64,000 nt of DNA, from contig JAJDCS010000008.1 of NCBI GenBank assembly GCA_029260715.1, positions 59,983 through 123,982 on the forward strand. Reading direction: 5' to 3'. This DNA comes from Phycisphaeraceae bacterium. GTDB taxonomy: Bacteria; Planctomycetota; Phycisphaerae; Phycisphaerales; Phycisphaeraceae. Under the pieces are notes generated by a model. The model did not search any database, had not been told where the DNA came from, and saw only the letters and a program-made list of their open reading frames with translations. The translations under genes were made by a program, and so were the position numbers. Below are positions 17,201-25,332 of this stretch, one piece after another. Numbering within the stretch: position 1 is the first letter of the stretch; the number at the start of each line of letters is the position of its first letter.

Positions 17201-17324
17201 CCCTGCCAATCTCGCCACCGACGCGTCGGTCGATGTGCCCGAACCGTCGGCGATCACCGTCTTGTGGCTGTGTAGCTTGGTGATGCTCCAGACGGGCCTC
17301 AGGGCGCTGCGCCAACACGACTAG
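14232..17324 (+). CDS. Large secreted repeat protein (1030 aa) with dockerin-like Ca-binding motifs and a PEP-CTERM sorting signal
   Basis: GGGAGA lies 7 nt upstream of the ATG. Signal peptide present. Five ~138-aa repeats, two DxNxDGxVNGLDLLxWQ motifs, and a C-terminal VPEPSA + TM + basic tail. Confidence 0.8.
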   Translation: MHSYFVRVTVYLFGAIGLVFLTPASLAVDKAVTWTGGGDGLSWSDPANWDGGEVPANDAVDTYQVTVPAGVTLDFDLPGSSNISTLDLAVGSTIRTEAGASMTVLDAANIAGLINADAGSFTAVGVGATLSGDQNRLTANNGAGITIGGTSFSSTGLLGNASLLLADGTGTSIGLASVTTLDAAFNRPGAGAQDTHTVTARNGGAIDLSGVENINAPLGFADNLVFTIPDSTSQIDLSSLRNATGTGGRTRFILSNGASLSLPVLETLSNTQFDVSSGAQVTAAGPQQTAYTARLPFFTDIMQANGAGSLLDLSSIVSIDVSFDDDNRATRRNGIAASNGGVIDLSGLQTVTPPVLSEDFLDFKILDSASQIILPLLATINGSNSGRTMFILSNGASLSLPALQTAEDVYFDLSGGAQLTAGTQPVVYSSIGSPFVTTLVAVSGASSLLDFSAATSINAGFNDATTVVSTHTITATGGGEVDFSGVQTITPPGRPEDAIIFRLSDASSQINLSSLQAVNAGAGAVLFDLSGGASLSLPALTVASNARFTLQSGAQLEVTTAQAVAYSSASMAVTSTLMSTSGSGTLLDLSPVVSINAGFDDANPSISRTHTITATGGGVIDLSGVQTISPPVRTEDAIRVVISGAASQVNLSSLQTIQPTGGVMRFELSGNASLSLPSLTTIANTRFVLSGGAQLTAAGALPAAYSSVGLPLTTAIASATGAGTVLNLSAISGIDAGFTDGDANKTSAHTVTAVGGAAVNLSGVQSITVPLGNERVDFLANTSGTIDLSSLQTVTQPVNGLGSLRLEARNASLVVGPLSPVAPTAIDLDRFSTLTAPHGLTLTPGVSLFVQFNPSQPSLIVVTGQASLAGSLDVVLPDGFTPSYLDEFTVLTADTRIGTFDQINGLLINPDMVLAPAYDHNGGPGFSLVAAIPGDANLDGTVNGLDLLAWQSNLFSDSGGDWTKADFNLDGLVNGLDLLVWQSHLFQNVGPANLATDASVDVPEPSAITVLWLCSLVMLQTGLRALRQHD
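14709..16676 (+). repeat. Five tandem ~414-nt (~138-aa) coding repeats inside the adhesin-like gene
   Basis: The anchor motif GG(A/V/E)(I/V)D(L/F)SG(V/L)(E/Q) recurs at aa 203, 340, 478, 617 and 755 (periods 137-139 aa). Each is followed by SQI(D/N)LSSL and NGASLSLP(A/V/S)L blocks. Confidence 0.85.
17031..17189 (+). other. Two dockerin-type / EF-hand-like repeats
   Basis: GDANLDGTVNGLDLLAWQSNLF (17031-17096) and DFNLDGLVNGLDLLVWQSHLF (17127-17189). Confidence 0.5.
17232..17321 (+). other. PEP-CTERM sorting signal
   Basis: DVPEPSAITVLWLCSLVMLQTGLRALRQHD: a VPEP motif, a hydrophobic span and a basic tail at the extreme C-terminus. Confidence 0.75.
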
Positions 17325-17353
17325 CGCGATGCGACCGTTAGGCGGTGGTCTGG

Positions 17354-18025
17354 TCACGCCCCCCGCACGGGGAACAGCGCCGGGACACACCACGCGTTGC
17401 CGATCCGGTCCGTGATGGCAAAACCACGCGACACGGGCGCGGCGACCGGATAGCCCTTATCAAGACAGCGGCGGTGCCAGGCTTGCAGGTCGTGTTCGGC
17501 AACGTCTTGGCCAGCAGTGAACAGAATCAGCAGCAGCCCGGCGAAGTGGATGCGGCTGTCGGTCCAGAGTTTCTTAATGTCTTTTGTGACCGGCGAAAAT
17601 AGCTCGGCGCTGTAGCGGGGGAACGGGCCGCCGGACTCGAACTGCGCCACGGTTTTGATCTCCATCCAGTACGCGTGTTCGGCGTCCACCGCAGCGGCCG
17701 TGTCAAACAGCGTGTCTTTGACCACCGGGTCACGCAGCGGTTGGTCGGGCGACGGCGTGATCACAATATCACACCGTTTTGCATCACTGCGGCGCTTCTT
17801 GGTCCAGTCGTCGGGGTATAGCTGCTCGGGCAGCACGCCGTACCCGGCACCGTGTAGCGATTCTTGTACCAGCGGGTGTAGCCCCAATTCGTCGAGGTGG
17901 TCAAACCCGTAGACGGCTTGCTCCAGGTCGTCTTGCCGGGCGCGGTCTTGGAGGCCGGCCGCAACGGCGTCGCCCAATCGGGCGGCGGACCATGGCAGGG
18001 CGGGCGTGGCAAGCGGGCGCGTCAT
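17354..18025 (-). CDS. Hypothetical protein with a possible PD-(D/E)xK nuclease-fold motif set
   Basis: 223-aa ORF, 30 nt downstream of the MscS gene on the same strand. Candidate motif order: E in LHPLVQESL, D in KRCDIVITP, and ExK in AYWMEIKTV. Confidence 0.4.
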   Translation of the reverse strand: MTRPLATPALPWSAARLGDAVAAGLQDRARQDDLEQAVYGFDHLDELGLHPLVQESLHGAGYGVLPEQLYPDDWTKKRRSDAKRCDIVITPSPDQPLRDPVVKDTLFDTAAAVDAEHAYWMEIKTVAQFESGGPFPRYSAELFSPVTKDIKKLWTDSRIHFAGLLLILFTAGQDVAEHDLQAWHRRCLDKGYPVAAPVSRGFAITDRIGNAWCVPALFPVRGA

Positions 18026-18055
18026 ACAGCTTGATGATAGAAAAATCGCCGCGGG

Positions 18056-19159
18056 TTATACGCTGGGCGTAGCGGCCGCGGGCAGGGGGGTGTCCGCCTC
18101 CGAATGCAACTCGGCACGCACACGCGGCAGGCAGCGGGGGTGGTGCTCTTGGAGAAACGCGACCAGTTGCTCCCGCACCTCGCAACGCAAGTCCCAGGCT
18201 TTCGAGGCGTCGGCGGCGCTGACCAAGGCCCGCAACTCCAGGGTGTTCTCTTTTGAAGCGGTGACCTGCAGCCCGCACACGCGCCCGTCCCATAGTTCAT
18301 TGTCTTTGACAATCCGCTGAAGGTGGTCGCGCACGGCCTGGACAGGCACCGTGTAGTCCGTGTGGATAAAAACCGTGCCAAGGATGTCAGCCGTGCGGCG
18401 GGTCCAGTTCTGGAACGGGTTGGAGATGAAGTACTCCAGCGGCACGACAAGCCGACGCTCGTCCCAAATCCGCACGACGATATAAGTGGTGGCGATCTCC
18501 TCGATCTTTCCCCACTCGCCCTCGACGATGACCACGTCGTCGAGCCGGATCGGCTGGGTGATCGCCAGTTGTAGTCCGGCAAGCAGGTTGGCGATGGTCG
18601 GGCGGGCGGCCATGCCGATGACCAAACCCGCGATCCCCGCCGACGCGAGCAGGCTCGCCCCCAACTGGCGGATGCTCGGGAACGTCATCAGGATCGCCGA
18701 CATGCCCACGACCCCGGCGATAATGATGATCGTGCGCGCCAGCACGCGCGTCTGCGTGCGGACACGCCGCGCCGCAAGGTTGTCAGCCACGTCGATCCGG
18801 TGCGTGCTCATGATCACGTCGTCGATCACCGACACGCTGCGGATGACCAGCCAAGTAATCGACGCGATCAGCAGGATGCTCACCGTGTGACGGGCCAGAC
18901 TCAGCGCCTGCTCGTCGAGTCCGGCGGTGGGCAACACAAATTGGATTGCTAGTAGTACAAAGACCAGCCTCGCGGCGCGGCGGGTGTGCGTGACAATCGA
19001 CGAATCAGCCACATTCGGTGTTTTGTAGGTGACGCGGTGGGCGATCCAGTAGACCACCGCGTGCAAGGCGATCGCCCCGGCCACGGCGCCCAGCAGCAAC
19101 GCCAGCGTCTGGGCGGGTGCTTGAAGGGCTTCGGGGAGGCTGTCGAAGAAAGTGTTCAT
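18056..19159 (-). CDS. Mechanosensitive ion channel, MscS family
   Basis: Several N-terminal TM helices. MscS core IANLLAGLQLAITQPIRLDDVVIVEGEWGKIEEIATTYIVVRIWDERRLVVPLEYFISNPFQNWTR. Confidence 0.85.
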   Translation of the reverse strand: MNTFFDSLPEALQAPAQTLALLLGAVAGAIALHAVVYWIAHRVTYKTPNVADSSIVTHTRRAARLVFVLLAIQFVLPTAGLDEQALSLARHTVSILLIASITWLVIRSVSVIDDVIMSTHRIDVADNLAARRVRTQTRVLARTIIIIAGVVGMSAILMTFPSIRQLGASLLASAGIAGLVIGMAARPTIANLLAGLQLAITQPIRLDDVVIVEGEWGKIEEIATTYIVVRIWDERRLVVPLEYFISNPFQNWTRRTADILGTVFIHTDYTVPVQAVRDHLQRIVKDNELWDGRVCGLQVTASKENTLELRALVSAADASKAWDLRCEVREQLVAFLQEHHPRCLPRVRAELHSEADTPLPAAATPSV

Positions 19160-19221
19160 GAATACGTTTAGACGAGGGTTATCCTAAACCAATTCATGCT
19201 TGGATGGAATTGAAGCACCCG

Positions 19222-20202
19222 CTACCAGCTCATCAGCTCGCCGGTGATGGGCTCGACCAGGTCTTTGATGGTCACGATGCCGATCGGCTTGGCTTTGCGC
19301 GTCACAATGGCAAACGGTGTGCGTTTGGTTTGCAGCGTCGTCAGGGCGGTGCGCAGCGGTGTGGCCGCGTCTAGCAAGAGCGGGGGGGTCATCAGTTGCT
19401 CAAGCGGGGGGCAGCGGTCGGGCGTGTGGCGCAGCGCCTCGATCACGCTGATCACACCAAGCACCGCGCCGGACTTGTCCGTCACCGGGAACCGTGAAAA
19501 GCTGGTGTGATCGGCGAGCTTCCAGATCACGCTTGGCGAGCCGCTGACTCGCACCTTGGTCACACGCGCCCACGGCACCATCTCATCAACCACGCTGCGT
19601 GTGGCCAGGTCCAACACACGCTCGACAATCGCGGACTGCTCGTCGCTGAGCAGGCCCTGGCCGACGCCTTCTTGGACAAGGAGCTCCACCTGCCGCCTCG
19701 GGTGGAAAGACGCTTCGCTGATCGGCACGCCCAGCGCCCTGGCCATCAGCTTGCTGAACGCCTCGGTCAGCGGCAGCAGCCCGGTGAAGAAAAACAGCCT
19801 GCGTGACACGTTGAGAAACCCGGCGAACCGGTACGTCAGCAGGTCGGTGTAGGCGGCGAACATGTCCTTGGGCAGCGTCTCACCAAAGACCAGCAGCAGC
19901 GGGCTGACCACCAACACGTTGATCAGGATCGCCTCCCAGTCGGCGATGCCCCAGTGGTCCAGGATCATCGCCAGGGAGGCTGTGCCTAGGTAGTTGGCCA
20001 CGTTGTTGCCGATTAGCAGCGTGCCCAACAGCGAGGTCGGGCGCAAGATAAGATCGTGCAGCACCCGGGCGCTTCGCTGCTTCTGGTGGTGGAGGATCTG
20101 CAGGCGCACACGGTTGATCCGGTACACGCCGGTCTCAATCCCCGAGTACAGGGCGCTACCAAGCACGCCCACAGCTAGCAATATCCACCATGTGGCGATC
20201 AT
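19222..20202 (-). CDS. CNNM/HlyC/CorC-family transporter (DUF21 TM domain + CBS pair; no C-terminal CorC_HlyC domain)
   Basis: DUF21-like start IETGVYRINRVRL...LIGNNVANY followed by CBS-like repeats. Start placed at the ATG forming an ATGA overlap with the upstream gene's stop (plus strand tcat at 20199-20202). The ORF track allows 20250. Confidence 0.8.
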   Translation of the reverse strand: MIATWWILLAVGVLGSALYSGIETGVYRINRVRLQILHHQKQRSARVLHDLILRPTSLLGTLLIGNNVANYLGTASLAMILDHWGIADWEAILINVLVVSPLLLVFGETLPKDMFAAYTDLLTYRFAGFLNVSRRLFFFTGLLPLTEAFSKLMARALGVPISEASFHPRRQVELLVQEGVGQGLLSDEQSAIVERVLDLATRSVVDEMVPWARVTKVRVSGSPSVIWKLADHTSFSRFPVTDKSGAVLGVISVIEALRHTPDRCPPLEQLMTPPLLLDAATPLRTALTTLQTKRTPFAIVTRKAKPIGIVTIKDLVEPITGELMSW

Positions 20203-21521
20203 TCGCTTGTGCGTCCTTTTGGCGATTCGGTAAGCCGGATCGTCAGCCACTCGATCCGCCGACCACGCATGGATTCGACCTCCAGCGTCACGTTCCCGAT
20301 CGCGGCGTGGTCGCCGACTTTCGGCAGCCGCCCCAGCTTCGCCATGACCAACCCCCCAAGCGTGCTCACGCCCGCGCGCAGCACGGTTTCAGGGCCCAAC
20401 GCCATCGTCATCGCGGTGTACGGCGCGAACGCGTCCATCCACTCGTACATGGGCAGGTTCGCGCTGACGCGCCACAACCCAGGCTGAACCTGCTGGACCT
20501 GCGGCTGTACCGGCGCCTCATGGGGCCCGACGATCTCGCCGACCATGTGCTCCACCACGTCTTCGAGCGTAATCAAGCCCGACGTGCCCCCGTATTCATC
20601 GACCGCGATGGCGAACGTCGTGCCCGTCTTGCGGAAATGCACCAGAAGCTGATCCGCCCGCTGCAACTCGGGGACAAACACCACCTGACGCACCAGCTTG
20701 TTGATGTCCAGGTCGGGATCGCCTTGGGCTAGCAAAACCTGACGCACGAGAACAATGCCCTCGATGTGATCCAGGCCGTCTTTGCAGACGGGTATGCGGC
20801 TGTGTTTAGTCGATTGGGCCAAGTCTAATAGCTCGCTGGTGTCGGCTGCGGCGTCGAAAGCCTGGATATCCACGCGCGGGGTCATCAGGTCGCGCACTTT
20901 GAGTTGGCTAAGCTCCAACACCTGCTGGAGCAGATGCTCCTCTTGCTGATCGATCACACCGCGCTGGAGGCTGTGATCGAGGATCGTCTCCAACTCACTG
21001 GCCGACAGCGAGGCCGGCTTTTCACGCGGCGCCACAAGCCTGGCCAGCGGCGTGATGATCAGAGAGCTAAACACCACGCGCAGGGGCGTCAGAACTTTGT
21101 GAACGAACATCAGCGGCAGCGCGGTGGCCAGCGACCACTGCATGCGCAGCTTGGCCGCAAGCAGCTTCGGCAGCACCTCGCCCAGCAGGATCAACCCGAT
21201 CAACAGCAGCACGCTGACCGACGCCGTGCCCAGCGGCCCCAACTGCCCGCTGTCACGCGCCCGGATCATCAGCACCGTGCTGATCACGAAATAGCTGACG
21301 TTGACCGTGGTGTTAGCCATCAGCAGCGTCACCAGGATCTGCCGGGGGTGGCTCAGCAGCGACGCGACCGTCTCCCCGGCAAGCGTGCGAGACCGGCTCA
21401 GACGCATGCGCTGGTGTGGGCGCAGGCTAAACATGGCCGTCTCACACCCGCTGAAAAAGCCACTGGTGATCACCAGCAATCCCAGGCCAAGAATCATCAA
21501 GATGTCGGGCAGTGGTAGCAT
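20199..21521 (-). CDS. CNNM/HlyC/CorC-family transporter (DUF21 + CBS pair + CorC_HlyC domain)
   Basis: FFSGCETAMFSL...LMANTTVN (DUF21), a CBS pair (VRDLMTPRVDI..., AIAVDEYGGTSGLITLEDVVEHMVGEI) and a C-terminal transporter-associated domain. Confidence 0.85.
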   Translation of the reverse strand: MLPLPDILMILGLGLLVITSGFFSGCETAMFSLRPHQRMRLSRSRTLAGETVASLLSHPRQILVTLLMANTTVNVSYFVISTVLMIRARDSGQLGPLGTASVSVLLLIGLILLGEVLPKLLAAKLRMQWSLATALPLMFVHKVLTPLRVVFSSLIITPLARLVAPREKPASLSASELETILDHSLQRGVIDQQEEHLLQQVLELSQLKVRDLMTPRVDIQAFDAAADTSELLDLAQSTKHSRIPVCKDGLDHIEGIVLVRQVLLAQGDPDLDINKLVRQVVFVPELQRADQLLVHFRKTGTTFAIAVDEYGGTSGLITLEDVVEHMVGEIVGPHEAPVQPQVQQVQPGLWRVSANLPMYEWMDAFAPYTAMTMALGPETVLRAGVSTLGGLVMAKLGRLPKVGDHAAIGNVTLEVESMRGRRIEWLTIRLTESPKGRTSE

Positions 21522-21532
21522 GAGGGGGTTGG

Positions 21533-21588
21533 AGTCCAGGGTCCGTCGTCTTAGGTCCAGAGTCCCTTGTCCAGCGTCTAAAGTCGGG
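21533..21588. repeat. Heptamer-periodic direct repeat array in the leader or promoter of the CNNM operon
   Basis: Consecutive 7-mers: agtccag ggtccgt cgtctta ggtccag agtccct tgtccag cgtctaa agtcggg. GTCC(A/G/C) recurs in phase. A hairpin cttgtcc...ggacaag overlaps the 3' part. Confidence 0.3.
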
Positions 21589-21625
21589 GGACAAGTATGG
21601 CGTGCTTGGGTTCAACGCATGCGTT

Positions 21626-22693
21626 TTAGACCCGCGCGTCGGCTAGGCCCTCCCACTGGTGGCTGCGGATCGCCTCGACCACGCGCTGGGCAGCCTCGAC
21701 CGCGGCGTAGCCCGCTTCGGCGTCCACCGCCGGGGCGTGGCCGTGACGCACCGCCGAAATAAAGCTCGCCAGTTGGGCGCTCAAAGCGTCCTGCTTGGGG
21801 TCGTCGTCTGGGGTCTTCATGGTCAGTTCTTCCACGTGGAGCAATTCGGAGTAGTCCAGGTTCGCCAAGTCCGCGCCGGCTGACAGTTGCCGACGCAGGC
21901 CATCGAGCGTTTTGGCGTTGTCCGATTTGCGGATGATCAAGCCGTTGTGCGTCGTGTAGTCCAAGCTTACATAAGTGTCTTCGTTAAACACCCGCATCCG
22001 GCGCTGCGTCTTCAGCGCCAACCGGCTGGCCGTCAGGTTCGCCACACACCCCGACGCGAATACCAGCCGCGCGTTGGCCACGTCTTCACATTCGCCCAGC
22101 ACCTTAACACCCACCGCGTCCACGCGCACCAGCGGCGAGCCTGCCAACATCAGCACGATATCCAAGTCGTGGATCATCATGTCCATGACCACGCCCACGT
22201 CCAGCGACCGGAACGTCATGGGGCTGACCCGGTGCACCTCGATGAACCTGGGTGTGATCCCCAACTGGGCCACCGCGCGCACCGCCGGGTTGAACCGCTC
22301 GGTGTGCCCGACTTGGAGGATGGCGTTGTGCCGGGCGGCCAGTTGAGCCATCGCCTTGGCTTGCTCCACGGTTGGGGCGAGCGGCTTTTCGATGAGGCAG
22401 GCGATGCCACGCTTCAACAACGGCGCGGCCGCCGCGGCGTGGTCGGCGGTCGGCACAGCCACCGTCACCGCACCAAGGCCGGGGCAATCTTCCAACAGCC
22501 GCTCAACAGTGTTGTAATGGGCACACCCGTACTGATCCGCCACCGTTGCGGCCCGCTCGGCGTCTTGGTCCACCACCGCCGCCAGGCGCACGCCTTCCAT
22601 CTGGTGGTAAACCCGCGCGTGGTGTCGCCCCATACGCCCAACACCCACCACGGCGACTTCAACCTGCTCTTGGCTAGTACCCATCGCCATCAT
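21626..22693 (-). CDS. Gfo/Idh/MocA-family NAD(P)-dependent oxidoreductase
   Basis: Rossmann start VAVVGVGRMGRHHARVY, plus the EKPLA motif and a C-terminal alpha/beta domain. Confidence 0.85.
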   Translation of the reverse strand: MMAMGTSQEQVEVAVVGVGRMGRHHARVYHQMEGVRLAAVVDQDAERAATVADQYGCAHYNTVERLLEDCPGLGAVTVAVPTADHAAAAAPLLKRGIACLIEKPLAPTVEQAKAMAQLAARHNAILQVGHTERFNPAVRAVAQLGITPRFIEVHRVSPMTFRSLDVGVVMDMMIHDLDIVLMLAGSPLVRVDAVGVKVLGECEDVANARLVFASGCVANLTASRLALKTQRRMRVFNEDTYVSLDYTTHNGLIIRKSDNAKTLDGLRRQLSAGADLANLDYSELLHVEELTMKTPDDDPKQDALSAQLASFISAVRHGHAPAVDAEAGYAAVEAAQRVVEAIRSHQWEGLADARV

Positions 22694-22763
22694 GGTACTG
22701 CAAGAGTACCGCGTTGTATGTTGGCCACCGCCTCAGCCCCGCTTTGCGGCGTGGTGCTACGAT

Positions 22764-23828
22764 ATGGGTATGGCTGAGGATACGACCAAACCAACCCCGC
22801 TGGCCGACCGCCCGGTGATCGGCATTACCATGGGCGATCCAGCCGGTATTGGCCCGGAAGTGGTGGTCAAAGCGCTTGCCGACCCCGCGGTCCGCCGCCT
22901 GGCGCGGTTCGTGGTTTATGGCATGAACGAGCTGCTGGGCTACGCGGCCGACCTGGCGGAGATCAACGCTTACTGGTGGCGGCTCCAGCACGACTCCACA
23001 CGCGCCACCTACGACCTGACCCACGACGTGGTGGTGCTCGATTACGACGAATACTCCATGCTAGGCCAAACCGTGCACCAGCCCACCAAGCAGGGGGGCC
23101 AAGCGTCGCTGCGGTTCCTGGACAACGCCATCACCGCGGCGATGAAACAGCCCGGCCAGCCCGGGCGCATCGACGCCATCGTCACAGGCCCCATCAGCAA
23201 AACCTCCTGGCATCTGGCCGGGGCGAACTACCCAGGGCACACCGAGCTATTAGCCAAGCGCACCGGCGCTAAGCGCGTGGTCATGATGTTCGCCTCACCG
23301 CCGCTGAACGTCGCCCTAGCCACCGTCCACCTGCCCCTGATGGACGTGCGCAACAAGTTGACCATCGGCTGCGCGTTCAACCCGATCGACCTGGGCCACC
23401 ACGCGTGCTTGCTAATGGGGTTTGACCGCCCGCGCATCGCCGTGTGCGGGCTGAATCCCCACGCCTCGGAGGGCGGCCGATTCGGCGACGAGGAGCAGCG
23501 CGTGATCACCCCGGCCATCGAGATGGCCCAAAACGCCGGCATCGACGCGCGCGGGCCGTTCCCAGCCGACACCATCTTCAACGACGCCGTCGCCGGGCGG
23601 TACGACCTGGTCGTGGCCATGTACCACGATCAGGGGCTGATCCCCATCAAGCTGCTGGCCTTCGACAAAGCCGTCAACGTCACCCTGGGCTTGCCCATCA
23701 TCCGCACCAGCGTCGACCACGGCACCGCGTTCGACATCGTCGGAAAAAACAAAGCCGACGCGGGCAGCATGAAAGCGGCGATCCGGCTGGCGGTGAAGCT
23801 GGCGAACCAACGCATGAAGTGTTGTTAA
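22764..23828 (+). CDS. pdxA: 4-hydroxythreonine-4-phosphate dehydrogenase
   Basis: Motifs ITMGDPAGIGPEV, GHTELLA, GLNPHASEGG, YHDQGLIP and RTSVDHGTAFD. Start set at the internal ATG; the ORF track begins at 22692. Confidence 0.9.
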   Translation: MGMAEDTTKPTPLADRPVIGITMGDPAGIGPEVVVKALADPAVRRLARFVVYGMNELLGYAADLAEINAYWWRLQHDSTRATYDLTHDVVVLDYDEYSMLGQTVHQPTKQGGQASLRFLDNAITAAMKQPGQPGRIDAIVTGPISKTSWHLAGANYPGHTELLAKRTGAKRVVMMFASPPLNVALATVHLPLMDVRNKLTIGCAFNPIDLGHHACLLMGFDRPRIAVCGLNPHASEGGRFGDEEQRVITPAIEMAQNAGIDARGPFPADTIFNDAVAGRYDLVVAMYHDQGLIPIKLLAFDKAVNVTLGLPIIRTSVDHGTAFDIVGKNKADAGSMKAAIRLAVKLANQRMKCC

Positions 23829-23841
23829 TGCGTGTGGGTGC

Positions 23842-23868
23842 CACTACACGGCCTTTGGCCGCGTAGTG
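23842..23868. terminator. Bidirectional hairpin between convergent pdxA and htrA-like genes
   Basis: 12-nt arms cactacacggcc / ggccgcgtagtg with one mismatch and loop ttt. Confidence 0.45.
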
Positions 23869-23883
23869 CGATTCAAAATAGCG

Positions 23884-25308
23884 CTACCTCGCCTCAAGGT
23901 CTACCGTCAACCGATAAACGCCCAGCCCCGTCACGCGTAGCAGTGTTAGCCGCAATACCACGCCCTGCCTGACTTTTTCAAGTAGCTCGCCCACTTCGCC
24001 CATGTTTGAAACACGGTAGCGGTTGATACTGACCAGCACGTCCCCGCGTTTGAGCTTGGCTTTGCCTGCCGGGCTGCGCCAATCAACATCGGTGAGGACC
24101 AGCCCCGTCACGCCGCCCAGGCGCATGGCCTTGGCGACATCCGGGGTGAGGGTTTGGGCGTAAATGCCCAGCCGGTCTTGCAACAGCTTGTCGCCGTCGG
24201 GTTGTGGGCGCGGGTCCAGCGTCAGCTCGGCGGTCGCTGCTGTCACACCACGGGTGTAGTTCATGATGACCGCCTCGCGGGGCACACGGCCGATCAACGC
24301 GATGTGAAAATCAATACCCGAGGCGATCGGCACATTGTCGATGTGGGTGATGGTGTCGCCCGGCTCCAGCCCCGCGCGGTGGGCGGGTGAGCCTTTGGTG
24401 ACCGCCCGGATTCGGCAGGGCTCTTCGCCGGAGACGGCCAGGCCCGTCACGATCCGGTACCGCCGCTCCACGTCGAGCAACGCTGGCAGCAGGGCGCGCA
24501 GTTGGTCCACGGGGATGGCGAAGCCGATGTTCTGGGCGTCGCCCCGGATCGCGGTGTTGATGCCGATCAACTCGCTGTTGACGTTGAGCAGCGGCCCGCC
24601 CGAGTTGCCGGGGTTGATGCTCGCGTCGGTCTGGATGAGCCCCTGGAAGCTGAGGTTGTTGTCGAATTCCAGCGTGCGGTCCAACGCACTGACCACGCCC
24701 GCGGTGACGGTGTGCTGATACCCCAGCGGGTTGCCGATGGCGATCGCGGTCTCGCCGATCATGAGGTCATGGCTGTGGCCCAGCTTCAGCGGGGTCAGCG
24801 GGTGGGGCGGGTCGATCTTGAGGATGGCTAAGTCGCGTTCCTGATCAACAGCGATCAACTGCGCGTCGTACTCGCTCTGATCGGCGAAGATGGCTTTCTG
24901 CTGGGCGGTGCGCGCCACGACGTGGGCGTTGGTGACAATGTAACCAGCCGGGTGAAGGACAAACCCGCTGCCGACGCTGGTGCGCTTCAGTTGCTTGGTG
25001 CGCGGGGGCAGTGCGAACATCTCCTCAAACAGACGGTCGATGCCCACGGATGACCGCACCTCCAGAACCTGAGTCGAAGAGATATTCACCACCGCGTCCT
25101 TAGCCGCTTCGAATACCTCCACCACGGGTGTGCGTCGCCGTGCCCACTCGGCCGCGCCTTGGGCCAACGCGTCTGCCGACCACACCACGAGCAACGAGAA
25201 GGCGATTAGCCACAGCGGCGGATTAATCAAACCATATCGCGTCAGGGGAATAAATGGGTAGCGTTTCAAAGTGGTATCCTTAAGCGTAAGCAAGTTAAAA
25301 GAGCCCAT
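23884..25308 (-). CDS. HtrA/DegP-family periplasmic serine protease with two PDZ domains
   Basis: Catalytic triad contexts TNAHVV, DLAILK and GNSGGPLLN. Two PDZ-like C-terminal regions and an N-terminal TM/signal. Confidence 0.9.
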   Translation of the reverse strand: MGSFNLLTLKDTTLKRYPFIPLTRYGLINPPLWLIAFSLLVVWSADALAQGAAEWARRRTPVVEVFEAAKDAVVNISSTQVLEVRSSVGIDRLFEEMFALPPRTKQLKRTSVGSGFVLHPAGYIVTNAHVVARTAQQKAIFADQSEYDAQLIAVDQERDLAILKIDPPHPLTPLKLGHSHDLMIGETAIAIGNPLGYQHTVTAGVVSALDRTLEFDNNLSFQGLIQTDASINPGNSGGPLLNVNSELIGINTAIRGDAQNIGFAIPVDQLRALLPALLDVERRYRIVTGLAVSGEEPCRIRAVTKGSPAHRAGLEPGDTITHIDNVPIASGIDFHIALIGRVPREAVIMNYTRGVTAATAELTLDPRPQPDGDKLLQDRLGIYAQTLTPDVAKAMRLGGVTGLVLTDVDWRSPAGKAKLKRGDVLVSINRYRVSNMGEVGELLEKVRQGVVLRLTLLRVTGLGVYRLTVDLEAR

Positions 25309-25332
25309 ACCGGCTATAGTGATTCGATAGGA

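Noticed and set aside
21522-21625. M-box (Mg2+) riboswitch upstream of the CNNM/CorC operon.
   Set aside because: The gap is only 104 nt, much shorter than an M-box aptamer, and none of its conserved helices were recognisable. It is reported only as a heptamer-repeat oddity.
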